From Bdellovibrionota bacterium (GTDB lineage: Bacteria; Bdellovibrionota_C; UBA2361; OMIW01): a stretch of 43,400 nt of DNA. Location of the stretch: the NCBI GenBank assembly GCA_044345055.1, contig JBIJBT010000013.1, positions 1 through 43,400 on the forward strand. The letters are read 5' to 3'. The notes under the pieces were generated by a model. That model ran no database searches, was not told the origin of the DNA, and was given only the letters and a program-made list of their open reading frames with translations. This document shows positions 1-8,788 of the stretch, one piece after another (position 1 is the stretch's first letter; each line of letters opens with the position of its first letter). The translations under genes were made by a program, and so were the position numbers.

Positions 1-1
1 A

Positions 2-307
2 CTAGAGGAGGTGGCTGAGTTTGCGCATGAAGCAACAAGCTCCTCGATCGATCCCGATGCGTTGCAGAGCGAATTCGGTGACATCCTTTTTTCTCTGATC
101 CAGCTCGCTCGACGGCTCGGCTTCGATGCTGAGGAAGCACTCCAAACAACCAACAATCGTTTCACCCGACGTTTTGAACGAATGGAATCCCAATCACCCA
201 AAAAATTAGAGGAACTAACCCTCAATGAATGGGAAAATCTTTGGGACGAGGCGAAGAGGTTTACAAAGGGAGATGCAACCCCCGATATTCGCACCTCAGA
301 GCAATAG
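2..307 (+). CDS. mazG: MazG nucleoside triphosphate pyrophosphohydrolase, C-terminal part (5' truncated by window edge)
   Basis: Frame open from position 2; motifs EEVAE...EFGDILFSLIQLARRLGFDAEEAL...NNRFTRRF...LWDEAK match the second MazG domain. Confidence 0.9.
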   Translation, partial: LEEVAEFAHEATSSSIDPDALQSEFGDILFSLIQLARRLGFDAEEALQTTNNRFTRRFERMESQSPKKLEELTLNEWENLWDEAKRFTKGDATPDIRTSEQ

Positions 308-330
308 AGGTATAGGCAATAGAGGTTTAG
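301..330. repeat. 15-bp tandem duplication overlapping the mazG stop
   Basis: GCAATAGAGGTATAG (301-315) / GCAATAGAGGTTTAG (316-330), 14/15 identical. Confidence 0.8.
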
Positions 331-467
331 TTCATCACACATATTTCAGCGAGCGGAGCGTTTGCGTCTCCGCTCCAGTGACGAGTTATCCCCAGACAAG
401 GCGTCGCTCGCGCTGTACAATGCTTCTGGAGCAATATCTACTCCATTTGGCTAGGCTAGTGTGCCAG

Positions 468-571
468 TAGGGCATCGCAATTCTCGAGATAAACTCCTAA
501 AATTATTACCACCGGTGCATTTTGCAAACCTTGTGATTTCAACGCTTGAACATGAGAATTGCGACGCCCTA
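468..571. mobile_element. MITE (non-autonomous miniature inverted-repeat element), 104 bp
   Basis: 18-bp terminal inverted repeats TAGGGCATCGCAATTCTC (468-485) / GAGAATTGCGACGCCCTA (554-571), 1 mismatch; flanked by perfect 9-bp direct repeats GTGTGCCAG (459-467, 572-580). Confidence 0.85.
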
Positions 572-695
572 GTGTGCCAGCTTCGATGAAAAATTTCTTA
601 AAGCTCCCTTGATTCCGCAAGGGTTCAAAAACATGCCTCTTGAACCACTTTGAAATGTCTATGTCTTTTTGTTGTTCTTAAGGTGGAATCGCACA

Positions 696-1745
696 TTAAG
701 ATTTTTCTGAGGATTGTTCTTCGAGCTCCTGAAGACGTTTAAGGGCTTCCGCTAATTTTTGTTCATTTGCGTCAGCGCGTTTTTTCTCCTGCTCTCCTCT
801 TTGCTCAGCTTCCTCTGCACGAATTTTTGCGAGCTCTGCCCTTCCTTTTTCAAGCTCGGCGTTTTTCCTCTCCTGTTCTTCTCGTTGTAGCGCTTCTTCT
901 GCTCGCTGTTTCTCTTGTTCCTCTCGTTGTAGCGCCTCCTCCGCTCGTTTTTTTTCCAGCTCCGCCCTTTCCCTCTCCTGTTCCGCCCTATCTCGATGCT
1001 TCTGAATCTCCCTATCTTTATCCTCAAGCTCTAAGACAATGTCATCTTCAACATCCATTGCTCCTCGAATGTTTTGATCTTCTATCGCTCTTCTAAGTCG
1101 ATCTAAAAGAAGTTGATGTTGTTGGGGGATCTGATCTTCATGAATAGAGAGGGTGTGTTTATCCTCGATAGCGTTTGATTGATCGAAGAAAAGAAGGAGC
1201 TTTTCAAGCTCAGTTCTTCGTTTTTCTTTTAGATGAGGTATCTGAATTATGAAGCTATTGTGAGTAAGACACTCGATAAACTGGACCTTTTTGGTAAATC
1301 TTTCACCAGTAGCGATATCAATACATTCTCTATTCACCTTAATTACAGGAGCAGAAAGCTCAGAGATCGCTTCACCAAGAAAATAGATGGTGATTATCGG
1401 AATAGGAACAGTTCTCCCAGTTTTTGCATCAGTTGTTTGATTCTCTCTATTTGCGTAGTGGTTTCCTAAGTACCTTCGAAATCTGAAAAGATCTTGCGCA
1501 AACTTTGCTTTTTGCAGCTCGATAAGAACAAGCTGTTCCCCAGATCCTGAACGAATCTTTGCCGAAAAGTCGATCCGGTAAACAGTAAGGGGAGGTCTTT
1601 CAAGCTCAATAGAGTGCTCGGTCGGTTGAATATTAATATCTAAAATTTCTTCATCGAGGATCGTTGAAAGCAAAAGTTTTGCAACCCTCTTATCCTCAAG
1701 AAGATACTTGAATACAGCGTCGTAAATTGGGTTTGCTATCCTCAT
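696..1745 (-). CDS. Rpn-like PD-(D/E)XK nuclease-family protein with coiled-coil repeat C-terminus
   Basis: N-terminus NPIYDAVFKYLL, RIDF...LIELQK nuclease motif; E/K/R/Q-rich C-terminal tail. Confidence 0.8.
   Translation of the reverse strand: MRIANPIYDAVFKYLLEDKRVAKLLLSTILDEEILDINIQPTEHSIELERPPLTVYRIDFSAKIRSGSGEQLVLIELQKAKFAQDLFRFRRYLGNHYANRENQTTDAKTGRTVPIPIITIYFLGEAISELSAPVIKVNRECIDIATGERFTKKVQFIECLTHNSFIIQIPHLKEKRRTELEKLLLFFDQSNAIEDKHTLSIHEDQIPQQHQLLLDRLRRAIEDQNIRGAMDVEDDIVLELEDKDREIQKHRDRAEQERERAELEKKRAEEALQREEQEKQRAEEALQREEQERKNAELEKGRAELAKIRAEEAEQRGEQEKKRADANEQKLAEALKRLQELEEQSSEKS
869..952 (-). repeat. Two 42-bp tandem units encoding RAEEALQREEQE(K/R)x
   Basis: Units start at 869 and 911 on the + strand; they lie in the coiled-coil tail. 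Confidence 0.8.
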
Positions 1746-2090
1746 GGTCTTTTTATGGGCTGCGTGTCGTCGTAGAGTTATTTAGCTATCTTTAGAAATT
1801 CTTTTAGTTCTAGTTTTTTTCTAGTGCAGTAAGTGTCTGCTAATGCCGATCGTTTTGCAAGTCTTTCGATCGAGTATAAATTCCCTCTGACAACTAGTTC
1901 TTAAATATCAGTCACCAGTTGATTAGGTGTCTGGAGTGACCCCCAATTTATTCAATTAAGCAAAAAAAGGTGCGGATATGAACTTGCTTCGGGTATACTG
2001 AGGGGGTGAAGTAGTACCCTTTTTTACTCTGAGACTTCCCAAAAAGGGTCTCGCGCTCGCTTTGTTTGCATCGGACTTAACGGTTTCGGG

Positions 2091-2906
2091 ATGATGACGC
2101 TTTCTCGCGCCGCGCTGATATTGGGACTGCTCCTTAATCTGGGGGGATTATTGGGCCCTCGTCTCGCAAACGCTGAGGGGCGATTTGAGGCCTCTCGAGC
2201 TGAAAGTGGGAGTAGAAAACTCGTTTTGGGTGGGCTATTTGGTCCTCGACTCTTCCCGTGGCAAACCGACTCCTCGCGCGTTCCCGCTCTTACAACAGAG
2301 CAGCTCGGTGTTAATCTTGCACGAAAAGCCCGTGGATTATCTCCTGAGGTCGCTACCATGGCGCTCCGTGCGAGTAGCTGCGCGGCCTCTCAAGGCAGGT
2401 CGCCGCGCGCGCGGTACCTTGCGATCATCGACTACTCAAAACCATCCACACTACCCCGTTTTTGGCTCTTTGATGCTCTCGCCGAGCGGCTTTTAGAGCA
2501 GAGCTACGTCGCTCATGGAAGAAACAGCGGCGAGCTATTTGCGACCGATTTTTCAAATAAACCCGGCAGCCTTCAGTCGAGTCTCGGGCTATTTTTCGCA
2601 GACGAGCCATACTTGGGACAACACGGAAGGTCTCTGCGACTTCAGGGGCTTGAACCAAATTTTAACGATAAAGCGTACGATAGGGCTATCGTAATGCATG
2701 GTGCGGATTATGTGAGCGATTCATTTATCTCAAAACATAACCGTCTAGGCCGTAGCCTCGGGTGCCCCGCGCTTCCCCTTAGAATAGCAGACCGTGCCAT
2801 AACAACCCTTGAACAGGGTGCGTACCTTTTTGCTTATTACCCGAACGATCGCTATCTCTCTAGCTCACGTCTTCTTAACTGCCAACGTCAACGAGCGAGA
2901 GCGTAA
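2091..2906 (+). CDS. Murein L,D-transpeptidase catalytic domain protein (YkuD_2 type)
   Basis: Signal peptide; IIDYSKPS, VAHGRNSG, SSLG, RAIVMHGADY...GRSLGCPA (catalytic His/Cys). Confidence 0.9.
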   Translation: MMTLSRAALILGLLLNLGGLLGPRLANAEGRFEASRAESGSRKLVLGGLFGPRLFPWQTDSSRVPALTTEQLGVNLARKARGLSPEVATMALRASSCAASQGRSPRARYLAIIDYSKPSTLPRFWLFDALAERLLEQSYVAHGRNSGELFATDFSNKPGSLQSSLGLFFADEPYLGQHGRSLRLQGLEPNFNDKAYDRAIVMHGADYVSDSFISKHNRLGRSLGCPALPLRIADRAITTLEQGAYLFAYYPNDRYLSSSRLLNCQRQRARA

Positions 2907-2997
2907 TTGGTTTTAGGAGGCGTGTGATTTGTCACGCGGCAAAAAATCGCACATTATCCTCAATCTTTGAAATCTTCAAAATCGGTTCGCTCGATCC

Positions 2998-4668
2998 ATG
3001 ACTCTCTATCATCTTAAATTTTTTTCTGCTCGTGCGGCCGCTCGGTTCGTATTCGTGACTCTTATCAGTCTCGCTTCATTCGTATCGGTAGCGTTCGCTG
3101 AACCCGATAAGGAGCTGCGCGACACCCTCCAACAGAGCTGCTCGATAATCGACGGCCCCACGGCTCTCTCAAAAGATCTCCGCTTCGACGCAGTTACCTC
3201 ACACGCCGCGCTCTGTTCACTCTACAAAGAACGCGACTGGTCGCCGCTCTGGCTCGAAAGCCCCGCTCGCCTCCACGATGCTCTTCATCTAATTCAGCGA
3301 AGCTCCCTCCACGGCATCAATCCAGAGCAGTATAGCTTGCAAGAGCTGATTGCGAAGCACGATAGCCACGCCCTTTCCGATCGACTTACCCTCGAGCTAA
3401 CACTTACCCGAGCGATGTCACAGCTACTTGTCGATGCAGCAGTGGGATGTCGCGCAACACGGCGACGAGAAGATCCTCTCGGCGAAGCCGCGCTTAATCG
3501 AGAGGAAATAGGCTCCAATCTTCTCAAAAAAGCAGTTTCCGAAGCTAATCTTCGTCGATTCGTTGAGGCGACCTATCCCCTCTCCGACCCCTATCGTCAG
3601 CTCCTTGAGGCTCTCGCAGCGATGCGGCGCAGCCGAGAACTCCCGCCGATCGTCGTTCCTCGCTCGGTCCGAAGAGATGAAACATTACCGTCCCTACCCG
3701 CTATTCGCGAACAGCTCCAACAGCTTGGGTTTCCGGTAGCAATTCCCGCTGAAAATCCGACGACACTTAACAGCTCCGATCAATCTGCTCTCCGCGCATT
3801 TCAGGAATCTAGGGGGCTTGAGGCAGATGGGATTCTAGGCGCCCGCACCGTCGCTGAGCTCAATAGAACTTCGAAATCTCTTGAGAGCACAATTCGGGTA
3901 AATCTTGAGCGGCTCAGGTGGCGCCCTCACCCTCCGCTTTCGGCCGAACTTCCTCTCGTCGTCGATGTAAATATTCCCGACTATCGCCTTACTCTCTTTG
4001 AGGAAGGAAAACCAACTCTCTCGATGGCGGTTATTGTTGGTAAACCAAAAACTCCCACCGCGCTTTTTTCCGCTAATATAGTTGGAGTTACCTTTAATCC
4101 ATGGTGGCGAGTACCAACCTCAATAGTGCGAAACGAGCTTCTCTCCGAGCTTCGGAAAAATCCAGACAGAGCGACAAAACACGGCATGGAGGTTCTGTGG
4201 CGAGAAGAATCAGGGCTCTTACCGATCGATGCTGCCTCTTTTGACTGGCAAGCGGTTCCCTCAGTTGCCGCACACCGAATAGCGATGCGGCAACGCCCCG
4301 GACCTCACAACCCGTTAGGACAGCTCAAATTTGAGATGCCAAATCCCCATACTATTTATCTACACGACACTCCCTCAAAAAACCTATTTTCAAAAACAGT
4401 GCGCACCTTCAGTCACGGTTGCATTCGACTCGCCGATCCCGCCTCTCTTGCCATCGCGTTGCTCGGCACTCCCGAGAAACGCTGGAATGGTGAGCAGCTT
4501 GCAAAAGCTATTGCATCGGAAAAGACCTACACCGAAAGAATCCGTCCTCCGGTTCCAGTTCGCACAAGCTATCGTACTGCGTGGGTGAATGGAGCAAATC
4601 AGCTCATCCTCCGACCAGATATCTATAAGTTGGATGAGGCATTACAGCGAGAGCTGCCGCTACGATGA
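2998..4668 (+). CDS. YcbB/LdtD-family L,D-transpeptidase with peptidoglycan-binding domain
   Basis: Signal peptide; FQESRGLEADGILG PG-binding motif; NLERLRW, VNIPDY, NPWWRVP, IYLHDTP...FSHGCIR. Confidence 0.9.
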   Translation: MTLYHLKFFSARAAARFVFVTLISLASFVSVAFAEPDKELRDTLQQSCSIIDGPTALSKDLRFDAVTSHAALCSLYKERDWSPLWLESPARLHDALHLIQRSSLHGINPEQYSLQELIAKHDSHALSDRLTLELTLTRAMSQLLVDAAVGCRATRRREDPLGEAALNREEIGSNLLKKAVSEANLRRFVEATYPLSDPYRQLLEALAAMRRSRELPPIVVPRSVRRDETLPSLPAIREQLQQLGFPVAIPAENPTTLNSSDQSALRAFQESRGLEADGILGARTVAELNRTSKSLESTIRVNLERLRWRPHPPLSAELPLVVDVNIPDYRLTLFEEGKPTLSMAVIVGKPKTPTALFSANIVGVTFNPWWRVPTSIVRNELLSELRKNPDRATKHGMEVLWREESGLLPIDAASFDWQAVPSVAAHRIAMRQRPGPHNPLGQLKFEMPNPHTIYLHDTPSKNLFSKTVRTFSHGCIRLADPASLAIALLGTPEKRWNGEQLAKAIASEKTYTERIRPPVPVRTSYRTAWVNGANQLILRPDIYKLDEALQRELPLR

Positions 4669-4686
4669 GGTGACACCAATATTTAG

Positions 4687-5520
4687 CTAATCCTCGCCAA
4701 CAACCCGCACTTGACGCCCCAGAAGTCGAATATCAAATCTCCCCACAACGGATCGCCAAAAGTGGTGTGGCAATAGTAATTCGTGAACCCAGGCTTGTTG
4801 ATAAAATCCAACCGTTGCGCCAGAAAATAATCCCGGAAGGTCCTCCATAATCAAAATAATAGACCCACGCCTATGTCGAAAAATGGTCGAAAATCGGCGA
4901 AGCTGTACGATTGCGGGGGAAAAGGGTGCGTGATCGGGGTGAATCTTGATGCGCGAAACAACGATAGGTTTGTCATCAACGAGGGAATGCCAGACCGTTA
5001 CGGGACTAAATTCCTCACCTAACGACATCTCTTCCCTTGTCCACGGATTAGGAGAACATATAGTGATTGGCTCGCCCCCTTGAATCGCTCGATCATCAAT
5101 GCAATGAGAGCTTTTCTGATCACGTTTGCCCCGTATCAAGAGCTTTTTCGCATCAGGGGAAAGGTGAAGCTCGCAGTGGGCGCTCTCCTGGTCGAGCGCA
5201 GCTCGAGAAAGCTTGACTAACACCTCATCGTAAACACGAATCGAGACTATAAGAGGAATCAGCCCAAGCGCAAAGATAAGTCTATTACGGTGCCTTTGCC
5301 TAAAAGCGGCAACCAGGAGCGGCGCTGCAGTAAGAGGCAAGAAGGCGGCGTATTCTTGAAACGGGCCGATATATATCAGTTTTTGCGGGAGAAAAAATAT
5401 TAAATGAGATATCGAGAGTAGCGCTATAGTTGCACCGCTGGTTCCAGCGCGGCCTACACTGCTGCTTGCACTTCTGCCCCTGACGTTTAACAGCTCTGTA
5501 AAATGGGGAGAAAAGCGCAC
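4687..5520 (-). CDS. Membrane-anchored hypothetical protein, possibly a degenerate endonuclease/exonuclease/phosphatase (EEP)-fold protein
   Basis: 277-aa ORF fills the gap downstream of nuoA; about three N-terminal hydrophobic segments then a soluble domain. Family call and start are weak. Confidence 0.5.
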   Translation of the reverse strand: MRFSPHFTELLNVRGRSASSSVGRAGTSGATIALLSISHLIFFLPQKLIYIGPFQEYAAFLPLTAAPLLVAAFRQRHRNRLIFALGLIPLIVSIRVYDEVLVKLSRAALDQESAHCELHLSPDAKKLLIRGKRDQKSSHCIDDRAIQGGEPITICSPNPWTREEMSLGEEFSPVTVWHSLVDDKPIVVSRIKIHPDHAPFSPAIVQLRRFSTIFRHRRGSIILIMEDLPGLFSGATVGFYQQAWVHELLLPHHFWRSVVGRFDIRLLGRQVRVVGED

Positions 5521-5553
5521 AGCAGTTCTTTCGAATAGGTCGGCGTCGCCTCC

Positions 5554-5931
5554 TTACTCCGAGGCCCAATCGAGGATTCCACGCCGCCACACATATACAA
5601 GACCGAGCACTACAACCAACATGAAGAGCAGCATCTCTACATAGGCTGCCCACCCAAGTTCGAGCAGCACCATCGCCCATGGATAGAGAAATATTACCTC
5701 GATATCAAAGAGGATGAACAGCATCGCCACAAGGTAGAACCGGACGCTGAATCGATGGTCACTAGCATCGCCTACTGAAACGGAGCCGCATTCGAACGGG
5801 AGCTGTTTTGTTCTGGTTTTGTGCTTTGGGCCCAGCCAAGTCGCAAGGCCGAGCATAGTCACAAGGAAGCCTGCGGCGACGACAACAAGGAGAAGTATGC
5901 CAAGATACGGGCTAATTTCCGAACCTACCAT
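5554..5931 (-). CDS. nuoA: NADH-quinone oxidoreductase subunit A
   Basis: PFECG, RFYLVAMLFILFDIEVIFLYPWA, GILDW; ATG at 5931 preceded by AGGA. Confidence 0.95.
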   Translation of the reverse strand: MVGSEISPYLGILLLVVVAAGFLVTMLGLATWLGPKHKTRTKQLPFECGSVSVGDASDHRFSVRFYLVAMLFILFDIEVIFLYPWAMVLLELGWAAYVEMLLFMLVVVLGLVYVWRRGILDWASE

Positions 5932-5943
5932 TTCGAAATTCCT

Positions 5944-5977
5944 AAAAAAAGGAGCGCCCGATAACCGAAAGGGGCTC
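5944..5977 (-). terminator. Intrinsic terminator downstream of tRNA-Arg
   Basis: Minus strand GAGCCCC...GGGCGCTC stem-loop, then C and T7. Confidence 0.65.
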
Positions 5978-6006
5978 GCTACCACCCTTGACTGTAACCG
6001 CTAGAG

Positions 6007-6080
6007 TGCACCCGGCACGATTCGAACGTGCGACCTGCCGCTTAGAAGGCGGATGCTCTATCCAGCTGAGCTACGGGTGC
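6007..6080 (-). tRNA. tRNA-Arg (anticodon UCU), CCA not encoded
   Basis: Minus strand GCACCCGTAGCTCAGCTGGATAGAGCATCCGCCTTCTAAGCGGCAGGTCGCACGTTCGAATCGTGCCGGGTGCA; cloverleaf with TTCGAA T-loop and anticodon loop CTTCTAA. Confidence 0.97.
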
Positions 6081-6469
6081 TTAACCCCTCTATTTTTGGC
6101 TAAGTTATGCTGAGAGTCAACAAGTACCGCTAGCTATCTACAGGAAATCGTTCCTCACCATGTCCTTCGGGCACTATCCGACAGGCTGTTACGTGGCCGA
6201 CCTCTCGCTTTTATTTGACTTTTTGAGGTACGATTGGGATTGTAATCGCAAATCAATGGCGTTCCGAGCCTCAAACTCAGCTAGCGCTCTTGCCCACAAT
6301 ATATTGATAAGCGGGGACGAATTTTCGGCGCTGCGTTGACGGACTCCACGAAACTCGCTCAATTTTTGGGTACCAAACGCCGATAGAGGGGGTGAGGCGA
6401 GGTGGAGAACCGGCAGCCAGAGGTTGGAAATACCAAACGAAGCAACGAAGCATTTGGTGAGGAGTTAAG

Positions 6470-6856
6470 ATGGAAGGAAGATCCGCCGGTCAAACCGAAA
6501 AAAGACGGGGTAGACTCGTGGGATGGCTGGTATCTTACGGTCTAAACGACCAGGGGGTTGCATATGAAGTTCGGTCGGGGAGAACGTTCCTCGGCTCTCA
6601 GGATGATACGGACCACTCGACTATTGTGGTCGATGAATCATCAATCGATTCTCCACACCTCGCGATAAAGGCAAACCAAAAACATCGCGTTCTTGTGCAG
6701 GATGTATTCTCCCGCTCTGGCACCTTTATTCAGCGTGGAGATTCCGACCAAGAGGAGCGTTTGGAAGGGCCGACTGAATTAGGTCATGGCGACTGGATCC
6801 GAATAGGAAGCTCTACCCGTTTTCAGTTCTGTCTCATTCAAGTTTCAGGGCGATAA
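6470..6856 (+). CDS. Stand-alone FHA-domain protein (non-canonical binding residues)
   Basis: LVGWLV...GRTFLGS...IDSPHLAI...VQDVFSRSGTFI...LGHGDWIRIG follows the FHA strand pattern; SD GAGGAG. Confidence 0.8.
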   Translation: MEGRSAGQTEKRRGRLVGWLVSYGLNDQGVAYEVRSGRTFLGSQDDTDHSTIVVDESSIDSPHLAIKANQKHRVLVQDVFSRSGTFIQRGDSDQEERLEGPTELGHGDWIRIGSSTRFQFCLIQVSGR

Positions 6857-7019
6857 CGGGTTTTTAGGGTGTGATGGTTGACGCGAGGTAAAGGTATCGA
6901 TTAGAGAAGTGCTCTCTATGAGGAAGCGATTAGCTCATCGAGCTTTATACTAACCGGAATTTGGGTCGCGAAGAGGGAAGGATCATTCCTCCCGAATTGG
7001 ACGAGGTAGACCAAGCAAA

Positions 7020-8123
7020 ATGGCTGACGATAAAGACAAAAAAGGGTCAATGGGAACCGGAAGGGTTTCTCGAACCCACCCAGTGCTCGGCGATAGCTCT
7101 CCAGAGGCACGAGCGAGTCGCATGAGGACCGAGGCTGTTCCAGCATCAATGGTCAATCAGTTGCGTGATCAACTCATCGCGGGCGTGCGTCATCCCGTTA
7201 AACCAAAAGTAGCTCCAAATGAAACAGGTAGTGATGCGCCAAAAGATGCACCGATTCAGCCGCAATCGGCTTCTTTGCAAACAACTGAACTCAGCGAGCC
7301 TTTAAAAACGGCTCCTCAGAGCGTTTCTGCTGTATTCAAGCAAAAACGGGACGAGGCTTCAGATCGAGAGTTCCCGCGAAATACTTTACTAGAAGAACAA
7401 GACTCTTTCTCCCGCGAGGCCTCAGAACCGGGCTATAGAAATGATTTGGAACTAGAATCCTCGTCTGATTTAGCCTCCACGGTAAGCAAGCCTCTAATCG
7501 ATAGACGTAAAGCCCAACAGGGTCGAGAGACCTTGCGACAGCTTAGGGAATCTCGCTTGAAGCGAGATGGAGTTAAGACCTCGGGAAAGGCGCTGGGCGG
7601 TAACCCGGGCCGCGCGAGGAAGCTAACCCCCCGTAGCCGACGGATAGCCATTCTCGGACTTGGTCTTGGTGGCGGTTTAGCGCTTCTTTTTAGCCTTCAA
7701 CTTGGAAAACCTTCTGTTCCTGATTCAGCCAAGAACCCCGCGCCAACGAAAACCACTTCACCGAATCCGCTACAGCTCTTACCGGGCTCTATTTTCGAGC
7801 CTGTTACTGGCACGATATCCTTCCCTCGCCTTCCCACCGGTCTTTACACCGGCTTAGCTCGCGGAATCGTTCCCGGAGGCGATGTATCACTCACCTTTAT
7901 TTCAAGAGGTGATGGCGCCAGTATCGGCGTGATCCTCGGAATAGAGGGTTGGCAATCGGCTGTGGTCACAGCGATAGGGGAAGAACCATTTATTACAGCG
8001 AGCTCTAATGGATGGCTCATCCGTTTCATAGCCAAAAAAACTGACGACCAACTTATCGTTGGACGCTGGGAAAACATTACGACGAAGGAGGTCGGAGAAT
8101 GGAAGGTCGTTCCGATGCGATAA
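7020..8123 (+). CDS. Single-pass membrane hypothetical protein with long low-complexity N-terminus and C-terminal beta domain
   Basis: 367-aa ORF; TM segment IAILGLGLGGGLALLFSL after a basic stretch. Confidence 0.7.
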   Translation: MADDKDKKGSMGTGRVSRTHPVLGDSSPEARASRMRTEAVPASMVNQLRDQLIAGVRHPVKPKVAPNETGSDAPKDAPIQPQSASLQTTELSEPLKTAPQSVSAVFKQKRDEASDREFPRNTLLEEQDSFSREASEPGYRNDLELESSSDLASTVSKPLIDRRKAQQGRETLRQLRESRLKRDGVKTSGKALGGNPGRARKLTPRSRRIAILGLGLGGGLALLFSLQLGKPSVPDSAKNPAPTKTTSPNPLQLLPGSIFEPVTGTISFPRLPTGLYTGLARGIVPGGDVSLTFISRGDGASIGVILGIEGWQSAVVTAIGEEPFITASSNGWLIRFIAKKTDDQLIVGRWENITTKEVGEWKVVPMR

Positions 8124-8131
8124 GGTATGGA

Positions 8132-8788
8132 ATGGATGAGGCTAGAATCCCCTCCCAAAGGCTTGTTGTATCGGGTTTAAGAAAAGCCCAGGCGGTGATC
8201 CAATTACTCTTGGGCTCGTTCGCGCTCCTTTTACCTCAAACGGGTTTTTCAGAACCGCCGAAAGAGCTGCCCACTATCTCGATAGTTCACAACGTCCCGA
8301 ATGAAGCATCGATTCCTTCGCCGGGATCAAAGTTAAGAGTAGCGGCATTTCTCTCAGGAGCGAAACAGTTCGAGCGTCCGATGCGGCTTTTAGCGATTCG
8401 TGACGAAAAGCTTCTCGATATTTGGCTTCCCTCCGGTAGGCTAGATTCTGATGAACGCCCTCTTTACGAGTTTGATCTTCACGCTCCGGAGCAGCGACTA
8501 AAGTACCGATTTGTGTGGTACTCCGCTGATGGCAAGCCAGTCGCATCGCCGGAATTTGCCTTAGAGCGAAGGTGCAAATTTCCCTCACAGCAAGTGAGCC
8601 CGGATGAAGCGGTCTTCAAGACTGATGCAATAAGCGAAGGTGCTGAAACAGAACGGCTTTTTCATGTTTCTGAGGGGCTTAATCGCGAAATAATAGCTTA
8701 TCAGGAGGCCACAAAGTTACTGGGCGAGCTTAGGGGTAAAATAGACGCCTTACAGCGAGCCAGAGGCTCAACCGAGAATGGTGGCTAA
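8132..8788 (+). CDS. Exported hypothetical protein
   Basis: Hydrophobic signal-like segment, beta-rich middle, helical C-terminus; start 8132 chosen to avoid overlap (ORF open from 8099). Confidence 0.65.
   Translation: MDEARIPSQRLVVSGLRKAQAVIQLLLGSFALLLPQTGFSEPPKELPTISIVHNVPNEASIPSPGSKLRVAAFLSGAKQFERPMRLLAIRDEKLLDIWLPSGRLDSDERPLYEFDLHAPEQRLKYRFVWYSADGKPVASPEFALERRCKFPSQQVSPDEAVFKTDAISEGAETERLFHVSEGLNREIIAYQEATKLLGELRGKIDALQRARGSTENGG

Noticed and set aside
752..1096. Alternative-frame and antisense ORFs over low-complexity coding regions (also 15200-15589, 25115-25427, 33992-34262)
   Set aside because: Shadows of repetitive coding sequence lacking stops; no independent support.
1991..2025. 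Attenuator-like hairpin plus T6 before the L,D-transpeptidase genes
   Set aside because: Weak bulged stem that overlaps a TATACT possible -10 box; no aptamer or leader peptide seen.
2924..2937. CRP-like site TGTGA...TCAC
   Set aside because: Spacer is 4 bp rather than 6; more simply a small hairpin.
6007..6080. tRNA as an integration site for a prophage or island
   Set aside because: No integrase and no duplicated tRNA 3' end seen in the window.
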